IMG/VR virus record: IMGVR_UViG_3300026484_000382
Span: 1-64,000 of that record
Strand: one strand, 5' to 3'
From: a virus
Length of the DNA stretch: 64,000 nucleotides
Shown here: positions 57,811 to 64,000 of the stretch, piece by piece
Layout of the letters: every line of letters starts with the position of its first letter
Position numbering within the stretch: the stretch's first letter is position 1
Program-made: the position numbers and the translations under genes
Notes under the pieces: generated by a model
What the model was told of the DNA's origin: nothing
Databases searched by the model: none
The model's input: the letters and a program-made list of their open reading frames with translations, nothing else

Positions 57811-59566
57811 TCAAAATAGTATATTGTTTTATTCCTTATTGGGAGACTATTATATATATATGTATAAAAAAAATGAAAAAAGCGACTGTATAAACACAGG
57901 GACATCTATTTTGCTTGAAGAAATATTTGAAGACACTTCACATATAATAAATAGTAGTTTTTTATATAAAAATACAACATCTTTGTTTTTTATAGGAACA
58001 ATAGAGTATATTGATAGTAATACAATTAGATACTTTGATATTAATGGAAAAGAAATAAACCCAACATCCGTATATATATTAAATAAAGAAAATGATATTA
58101 TTTTTAACACTTTAGAGCAAGATGAAATAATAAAATATTTACAAAAAAATAAACTTTCGTTATCTCTTATTTATTATACAAAAGAACAAAAACTAAATGC
58201 AGATGAAATAGCTGCTATGTTTAATGTAACAGATATAGATGTAAGTAAGTTTATTGCGTATTTAATGTATAAGATGATTCAACATAATGTTTACAATAAG
58301 AAACTAGTTAACAATTTAATAGCAATATATTTCAATACCCCATTCTGTTTAACAGAAAAAGAAAAGATATTAAAATATCAAGACGGAAAAGTTATTACAG
58401 ATGTGAATGAATATGAAATAATTCATGATGTATACATAAAGAAAAAAGGTGATATTAAATTTGGAGAACCTTTATATTATATATCCAAGATTAACAATTC
58501 AAATTCTAGTGTAATCAATAATATTATTGATAAAATGTTTTATATCGATAACTATTCAAATGCTTTTTATTTGAATAAGCTAAAAACATATGTAACATCT
58601 ACCTTTCTTAACGCCAGTATATCTGTTGATGTGCTTATTCAGAATCCAAAAAAAGGAACCGTATTAGCAAATATTTTTAGAAATATTTCTTACATAGATG
58701 CTTCTTTAAATACCTACAAAGAGAAAGAGGAAGAAATTAAGGTTTCGCTTGAAAGTAATTTGAAGTTAATAGAAAAAGGATTATTTGAAGCAAAAGAGAC
58801 CACAGTAATAACAACACATTATTATGATGAAAATGTTAATGCTGTTACATTATTAGATGAAAAACTTAAAATTATAGAGAAAGGGAAAGTAGATACACTT
58901 GAAACTGAATTCAAGAAAGGTATGTCCCTAGAAAAAAATATAATAGATGCAATAGGAGAAGATAAAAACAAAGAATATGTAAAAGAAAATTTATCAAGTG
59001 TTGAAAATTCAAGATTAACAGCATTATGGGAAAAATTTAATTTAAAAAATTTAATAGAAAAAGGTGTTAAAAAAATTATCTATAGTGATACTTTAAAATA
59101 TCCAAAAAACGATAATTTAAAATACAAGTATGTTATTACTCCTACATACAATGTTATTGAAAAATACATAGAAAATATTAGTTATTTTGCTTTTGATTTT
59201 ACCACATTGCCTACTGACGATATTTTAACAAAAATATATGATATTAATACCCCACATACTTATGAAACCTTAAAAAAACAAGGGCTTGTTGAAAGAAGTG
59301 AAAGTAATAAAATGAAAGGGAAAGAAACATTAAAATATTTGTCATTATCTCTTTTTAGTGGAACAGAATTGACTAAAAACAAGACTACTATTGATAGGTC
59401 TCTTTTAAGAACCAGGGATACATTAGGTGGAAACGTTTATTTAAACAAAGAAGAAGTTAACAATCTATTGTCATCAAACAAATTAAGCAAAAAGATTTCT
59501 AATGTGTTTATACAAAAAGACGAATTAACAATGGACAGTAATACACTAATAGACGAGAAAAAATAA
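57794..59566 (+). CDS. Putative baseplate protein
   Basis: Coupled to 56545; VITDVNEY...FGEPL. Confidence 0.45.
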   Translation: MLYQNNQNSILFYSLLGDYYIYMYKKNEKSDCINTGTSILLEEIFEDTSHIINSSFLYKNTTSLFFIGTIEYIDSNTIRYFDINGKEINPTSVYILNKENDIIFNTLEQDEIIKYLQKNKLSLSLIYYTKEQKLNADEIAAMFNVTDIDVSKFIAYLMYKMIQHNVYNKKLVNNLIAIYFNTPFCLTEKEKILKYQDGKVITDVNEYEIIHDVYIKKKGDIKFGEPLYYISKINNSNSSVINNIIDKMFYIDNYSNAFYLNKLKTYVTSTFLNASISVDVLIQNPKKGTVLANIFRNISYIDASLNTYKEKEEEIKVSLESNLKLIEKGLFEAKETTVITTHYYDENVNAVTLLDEKLKIIEKGKVDTLETEFKKGMSLEKNIIDAIGEDKNKEYVKENLSSVENSRLTALWEKFNLKNLIEKGVKKIIYSDTLKYPKNDNLKYKYVITPTYNVIEKYIENISYFAFDFTTLPTDDILTKIYDINTPHTYETLKKQGLVERSESNKMKGKETLKYLSLSLFSGTELTKNKTTIDRSLLRTRDTLGGNVYLNKEEVNNLLSSNKLSKKISNVFIQKDELTMDSNTLIDEKK

Positions 59567-59624
59567 AATAAATTGCAAAATAAAATATTTTATGCTACAA
59601 TAAACAAAAAAAAAGGATTAACAG

Positions 59625-60029
59625 ATGAGAGCATTTGACCTTATCAAAACTGCAGGTGCAGAATATGGATACGACGAACAAGACAATGAAGGACTATCTC
59701 CAGTAGCTAAAGCAGCAATCGCAGCAGGGCTTCTTACAGCAGGTGGAGCAGGATTAAAATATGGTGGTCCTAAATTAGCAGACCACATGATGGATAAAGT
59801 TAATAAATTAGGCGATGAAAGTGAAAAAATTAAAGCAATGTTAAAAAAGAAAAAAGATGATAAACCTCTTTATGAAAATGCTAGTAAGGCTAAAGAAGCT
59901 TTAAATAAAAAATGGCAAAAATTAAAAGAGATCGGTGAGCACAAACATGGTGGGAAAGCACTTATTGGTGGAGGTGTTACAACTGCAGCTCTTGCTGGAA
60001 CAGATTACTACCAAAGAAATAGAGGGTAA
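59625..60029 (+). CDS. LxKxA-leader protein with two glycine zippers (paralog of 22567)
   Basis: Promoter TGCTACAAT 59593-59601; MRAFDLIKTA; GLSPVAKAAIAAG...KHGGKALIGGG. Confidence 0.85.
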   Translation: MRAFDLIKTAGAEYGYDEQDNEGLSPVAKAAIAAGLLTAGGAGLKYGGPKLADHMMDKVNKLGDESEKIKAMLKKKKDDKPLYENASKAKEALNKKWQKLKEIGEHKHGGKALIGGGVTTAALAGTDYYQRNRG

Positions 60030-60116
60030 TCTCTCTTTTCTTCTCCTATTATTTTCTTTACTTACTTCTTTTAATAAAATCAAAATTATGCTACAATAAA
60101 TAAAAAAAGGATTACA

Positions 60117-60578
60117 ATGAATTCAAAAAGTTACTTTTTATTTAAAACAGCTGATGACAATAATAATGGTGTTGGGACAGGAACTATTGCAGGAGGTGCT
60201 TTAGCATTAGGTGGGCTTGGAAGTATGGGATACGGACATAATTTAATTAATAAAGCTACACCTGATACTCCACTATTTTCAAAAGGAAACCAACTTGGTA
60301 CATTAGGATATGGTGCTGCAAATATCCAACAAACTAAAACAATTGGAGAAGCAAATACAAAAAAAATTAATGATTTTGTTGAGTTTAATGGTGGAAAAGA
60401 AAAATTTGATGTTAACAATCTAGATGAAACAGGAAAGAAGACATATAATAAAATGTTAACAGAAGGTGAAAATATAGCTAATTTAGGAAAAGGTTCTAAA
60501 TTTATGCATTATGGGAAAATTGGTGGACTACTTGGTGGTGGAATGATGTTAGGATCAATGCTAACCAATAATAATTAA
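60117..60578 (+). CDS. LxKxA-leader protein with glycine zippers
   Basis: Promoter TGCTACAAT 60089-60097; MNSKSYFLFKTA; GGALALGGLGSMG...GGLLGGGMMLG. Confidence 0.85.
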   Translation: MNSKSYFLFKTADDNNNGVGTGTIAGGALALGGLGSMGYGHNLINKATPDTPLFSKGNQLGTLGYGAANIQQTKTIGEANTKKINDFVEFNGGKEKFDVNNLDETGKKTYNKMLTEGENIANLGKGSKFMHYGKIGGLLGGGMMLGSMLTNNN

Positions 60579-60590
60579 AAAGGATATAAA

Positions 60591-60845
60591 ATGAAGATAG
60601 AACAAATTTCTGAACTATTAGAAAAAACAGCTGCTCATATAGAGATGCTTGAAAATGAAAACAATATGTTAAGAAAAAAATTAGAAGAAAGTGTTTCTGC
60701 AGTTAATTTAAACAAAGAAGCTTCTTTTGATTTTTCAGATGTAGTAAATAACGACTATGATTCTTTAGGGCAACCTTCTAATTATTCCCCGAGTAATCAA
60801 CTTTCTTCTGGGCAAAAATTAGAAGAGTTCTTAAATAATTTATAA
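60591..60845 (+). CDS. Small scaffold-like coiled-coil protein
   Basis: LLEKTA, LNKEA; C-terminal LEEFLNNL amphipathic tip; upstream of capsid genes. Confidence 0.65.
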   Translation: MKIEQISELLEKTAAHIEMLENENNMLRKKLEESVSAVNLNKEASFDFSDVVNNDYDSLGQPSNYSPSNQLSSGQKLEEFLNNL

Positions 60846-60931
60846 AAAAACTCTCTATAAATAAGAGCATTTCTTATTTTTGTTTTTTTTGTATAAAATA
60901 ATGGTAATAAAACCAAAAAAAGGATAAGCAA

Positions 60932-61318
60932 ATGAAGAATATTGATATTGTAAGAGGTTATAGAACCTTTAGTCATGAAGACTTATATGATGCTGATGCA
61001 ACTGTAACAATTGTGCCGGGAGATGTTATAGGTCTTGACGGAAACAAAATAACATTAGAAAAAACGCATAAAGAAGCTGGAATCGCTCTTGAGTCAAACA
61101 AAGATATTGCTGGTAATAAACCAAGTGGAAAAATCCCAGTATGTGTTAGTAATTTTGTTGTAAGATTTTATAGACCGGTTCCGGATGAGGTTAATTTAGG
61201 TGATCCTGTTACAGTTATTGATGGAAAACCATCTAAAACAGACGATGACCATACGGTAATTTGGGGATATGTTACAAGAATAGACGAAACATCTTTTGAT
61301 GTTAGAGTAAATTATTAA
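60932..61318 (+). CDS. Putative head decoration/cement protein
   Basis: Directly upstream of MCP; SGKIPV...GDPVTV..G......GYVT pattern. Confidence 0.6.
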   Translation: MKNIDIVRGYRTFSHEDLYDADATVTIVPGDVIGLDGNKITLEKTHKEAGIALESNKDIAGNKPSGKIPVCVSNFVVRFYRPVPDEVNLGDPVTVIDGKPSKTDDDHTVIWGYVTRIDETSFDVRVNY

Positions 61319-61335
61319 AAAAAAAAGGATAAGAC

Positions 61336-62271
61336 ATGAGTATTAATGTAGAAACTCCAGTAATTCAACAAAACACAGGGTTAATTAAAGCAGCTTATGC
61401 TGGTGGTGACCTTTTAAAACAAGCTATGGATAACAGCACATACTTTATTAGGGATAAAGTAAGAGAACTTGGTTTTGCTAGAAAAGTGATTGAACCCATT
61501 TTTGTTACAAGTGCAGATTTAGATAGAGTTCCAAACAATGAACAACCTGCTATCATCTTAGAAAAAGATATCGAAAGTAAAGGGATGACAGTGCCATTCA
61601 GAGGGCAAGGAGAACAAAGATATTGGGAAAGAGAAGACATGGTTGTTAATTTCCAAAAAATTGAATCAGAAAGAATTAACAAATCTAAATTCGAAATGAT
61701 GACTTCTAAAACTCCATATACTGAAGTTCTTAAAAAAAGAATTGTTGAAGAAGTGCAAAAAGTTGAAGATGAAACTTTAATGAACGGATTTAATGCTATC
61801 ATAGAAAAAGCAGAAGAAGAAGCTCCTGGTACACAATATCAAGAATTAGAAGGTGGATTAAATAAAACAAACATTAAGATATTAATCCAAATGCTTTCAA
61901 GATTAAAAATGATTCCACCAACAGGTCCAAAACCAAAAATCTTAATGACACAAAACCTTAAATTAGAACTAATTGAATTAGGTATGATTGAGATTGGTGA
62001 TTCTAATGTTGGAAAATATTGGAATGAAGGTGTAGTTGGGGTAGATAAATTATTCAATATCCCTGTAGTATCTACAATTAAAAATGATTTAGTAAAAGAT
62101 GATGAAGTGTTTATTATTGCTCCTCAAGATTACTTCGGAAGATTCTTTATTTTACAAGACCACACAATGGTTATTGAGACTAAAGCAGATATGATGAATA
62201 TGTATACTTATGCTGCTATGGGAATGGGATTCGTTAATACAAAAGGTGTATGTAAGATTAAATTATCTTAA
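61336..62271 (+). CDS. Major capsid protein (HK97 fold)
   Basis: IRDKVRELGFARKVI...EVQKVEDE...LFNIPVVSTIK...APQDYFGRF...MGFVNTKGV; 311 aa; LIKAA at residues 17-21. Confidence 0.8.
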   Translation: MSINVETPVIQQNTGLIKAAYAGGDLLKQAMDNSTYFIRDKVRELGFARKVIEPIFVTSADLDRVPNNEQPAIILEKDIESKGMTVPFRGQGEQRYWEREDMVVNFQKIESERINKSKFEMMTSKTPYTEVLKKRIVEEVQKVEDETLMNGFNAIIEKAEEEAPGTQYQELEGGLNKTNIKILIQMLSRLKMIPPTGPKPKILMTQNLKLELIELGMIEIGDSNVGKYWNEGVVGVDKLFNIPVVSTIKNDLVKDDEVFIIAPQDYFGRFFILQDHTMVIETKADMMNMYTYAAMGMGFVNTKGVCKIKLS

Positions 62272-62347
62272 TCTTACTCCTCTTTTGGAATTATTAAGAG
62301 ATATTTATTTATATGTTTTAATAATTCACAAAAAAAAAAGGATAAAT

Positions 62348-63301
62348 ATGATTTTTGGTAATGCTCAAAAGTATGTATCGATAGCAAAACAAATTATTAA
62401 TGAAATAAGTCATGGGGGAGACAACCCAGAGGAATTATTGAATAAGTATGCTAAAGAATACAATCTAAATGACAACATGAAACAAAGAGTTGTAGAAGAA
62501 TATAATGTAAATATGTTTTTAAGTAAATTGAAAGATGGTAGTCACCAAGAGCATTACGTATTATTGAATCCTGTTATTGATGAAACACAAAAATGGAATT
62601 CTATCATTGAAAAAAATAATAAAGAAAATGAACATAAAAAGAATATGACTAAAACAGCTTTTTACAATGAAGAAGCTAATATTGTGTTTAAAAATAATTC
62701 AATGGAATATGACCATGACCCACTTTTAAATGGTTCTTTTTCCGATAAAACATTGGTAAGTTCTTTTGAGTACGGAGATACTTCTGATTTACTTAAAGAT
62801 GCTTCTTACAGAGAAAAACGTAGAGAAGAAGAGAAGTTTAAAGAGTTAGTAAAAACTGCTCACTATAAAGGTCATGAAGTTATAAATCAATTAGCAAATG
62901 ATTTAATAAAAGTAGCAAACATTTCAACAGGAGCTACAAAAACTATAATTTATGATTTAATTAAAGAAGGGCATGAAGATATTGCTAATACTGTTATGGA
63001 AAACTGCAAATACAAACCAAACGAAATACTTGCAGCAAAAATGACAGATGGTATATTTGAGCAAGATTTGCCTTTATTAAAAACATCTCAAGAACTTATA
63101 AAAGAAGCAACTATAAGTAAATTAATTATGAGAGTAATATCAGAAAAAGGTATGGAACATATTGGAAGTGCTTTAAACAAAATAAAAACTATGGTAGGGC
63201 CTAAAAATAGAGCAAAAATATATATGGCTTATGTAATGAGCAAATTCCTTACAGATAAAAAGCCTGGCGCATTACACAATAGTTTTATTCAGAACGCTTA
63301 A
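62348..63301 (+). CDS. Head-core-like protein with multiple LxKxA sites
   Basis: Start moved to 62348 (A-tract AAGGA); MTKTA, LLKDA, LVKTA, LIKVA, LLKTS, LIKEA. Confidence 0.75.
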   Translation: MIFGNAQKYVSIAKQIINEISHGGDNPEELLNKYAKEYNLNDNMKQRVVEEYNVNMFLSKLKDGSHQEHYVLLNPVIDETQKWNSIIEKNNKENEHKKNMTKTAFYNEEANIVFKNNSMEYDHDPLLNGSFSDKTLVSSFEYGDTSDLLKDASYREKRREEEKFKELVKTAHYKGHEVINQLANDLIKVANISTGATKTIIYDLIKEGHEDIANTVMENCKYKPNEILAAKMTDGIFEQDLPLLKTSQELIKEATISKLIMRVISEKGMEHIGSALNKIKTMVGPKNRAKIYMAYVMSKFLTDKKPGALHNSFIQNA

Positions 63302-63312
63302 AAGGATATAAT

Positions 63313-63447
63313 ATGGAAAACAATCAAAATTTAATTAAAATAGCTCAGGTAGTTAAAGAGCACGCAAAAAAATGGTATTTAAAAAAAATGGCAGCGTTAA
63401 AAATAATAGACACTATAGATGCATATAAAGAGGCAATGAAGAACTGA
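63313..63447 (+). CDS. 44-aa LxKxA peptide MENNQNLIKIAQVVKEHAKKWYLKKMAALK... (not in ORF track)
   Basis: AAGGA RBS; LIKIA and LKKMA. Confidence 0.7.
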   Translation: MENNQNLIKIAQVVKEHAKKWYLKKMAALKIIDTIDAYKEAMKN

Positions 63448-63475
63448 TTTACTAATTCAGCTTTCTCAAGCCATA

Positions 63476-63500
63476 GGCCCCAACTTTAATTTATGGGGCT
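63476..63500. terminator. Hairpin between convergent genes
   Basis: GGCCCCA 63476-63482 / TGGGGCT 63494-63500. Confidence 0.5.
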
Positions 63501-64000
63501 TACTGCTCTTTTTTGCTGTTATTGACTGCTTTGTGTGCAAAATAAGCTTGAGCGGCTCCTACAGTACCTATTCCACCCATAGTTTGTCCTTGTAATTTAG
63601 CTTCTTGTTTTATTAATTTTTTAAACAGATCTTTACTTTCAGCTAACAACTCATTTTTTTCACTTTTCGGTATCTCGTCAAGTACTTTTGTTGCCTGTTT
63701 AAGATTATAAATACGGTGTAACCCTTTTCCTAGTGCACCTGCTATTACACCTATCCCCGCACTTCTATTTATCTCAGCATCACTAGAACCCATTTGTTTT
63801 GCTAATAATGGAGCAGCTACAGACCCTCCTAATAAACCTAACTCAACTGGTAAAGAAAAACTTTTATATCCTTTTTTGCCTTGCAAAACTTGAACAAGAT
63901 AAGGAATATCTTCTTGTAGTAGAACCCCTGATGCAGCACCTCCAGCTGCAGAAATCCCATCACTTATCATTTTTTTACTTTTATCAGAATCTTTTTTGTT
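63500..64000 (-). CDS. Glycine-zipper protein, 5'-partial
   Basis: Frame stays open to the window edge; GISAAGGAASG, GLLGGSVAA, GIGVIAGALG, GGIGTVGAA. Confidence 0.75.
   Translation of the reverse strand, partial: NKKDSDKSKKMISDGISAAGGAASGVLLQEDIPYLVQVLQGKKGYKSFSLPVELGLLGGSVAAPLLAKQMGSSDAEINRSAGIGVIAGALGKGLHRIYNLKQATKVLDEIPKSEKNELLAESKDLFKKLIKQEAKLQGQTMGGIGTVGAAQAYFAHKAVNNSKKEQ

Noticed and set aside
60856-60863. TATAAATA as a T4-type late promoter
   Set aside because: It is not found before the other structural operons, which use extended -10 cassettes, and it is expected by chance in AT-rich DNA
588-62057. Many short opposite-strand ORFs in the track (e.g. 588, 1900, 3008, 28714, 40546, 50732, 55446, 61395)
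   Set aside because: They are antisense shadows of longer genes, rich in F/L/S/I as expected from reverse-complemented K/E codons, and I saw no RBS/promoter cassette for them
1-64000. tRNA/rRNA, terminase, portal, prohead protease, integrase
   Set aside because: I could not recognise any in this window; they may lie elsewhere in the genome or be too divergent to see by eye

Overview
A very AT-rich (roughly a quarter G+C by eye) 64-kb segment of a large contractile-tailed (myovirus-like, probably jumbo) bacteriophage. The host is probably a Campylobacterota (epsilonproteobacterium): promoters are extended -10 boxes (TGnTAwAAT) followed by A-rich AAGGA ribosome sites, and the phage carries an epsilon-style prepilin and a copy of the epsilon FliM N-terminal peptide. 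Positions 1-19 kb are an accessory/host-takeover region: DUF3310, Rep_3-like, pilin, DUF1353, HAD, Rha, an anti-defence cluster (Acb4-like, Tad2/DUF2829, MazG-like, Apyc1-like MBL), HNH plus a decayed copy, and candidate small RNAs. Positions 19-40 kb hold tail fibre/baseplate-associated genes. Positions 40-59.5 kb hold neck, sheath, tube, a tail chaperone with a lambda-type GGGAAAG -1 frameshift, tape measure and baseplate. Positions 59.6-64 kb hold head genes including the major capsid protein. The most striking unexplained pattern is a dispersed family of at least 13 proteins, including the capsid protein and scaffold-like proteins, that share an L-x-K-[T/E/V/Q/I/A]-A motif. It usually ends a 7-12 residue N-terminal leader. 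Many of these proteins sit in stand-alone promoter cassettes and carry glycine-zipper helices or enzyme-like domains. I infer a capsid-targeting/prohead-protease tag that marks a cargo of injected membrane and effector proteins. One glycine-zipper gene appears switchable by a poly-G tract. All family assignments come from motif recognition by eye; no searches were run.
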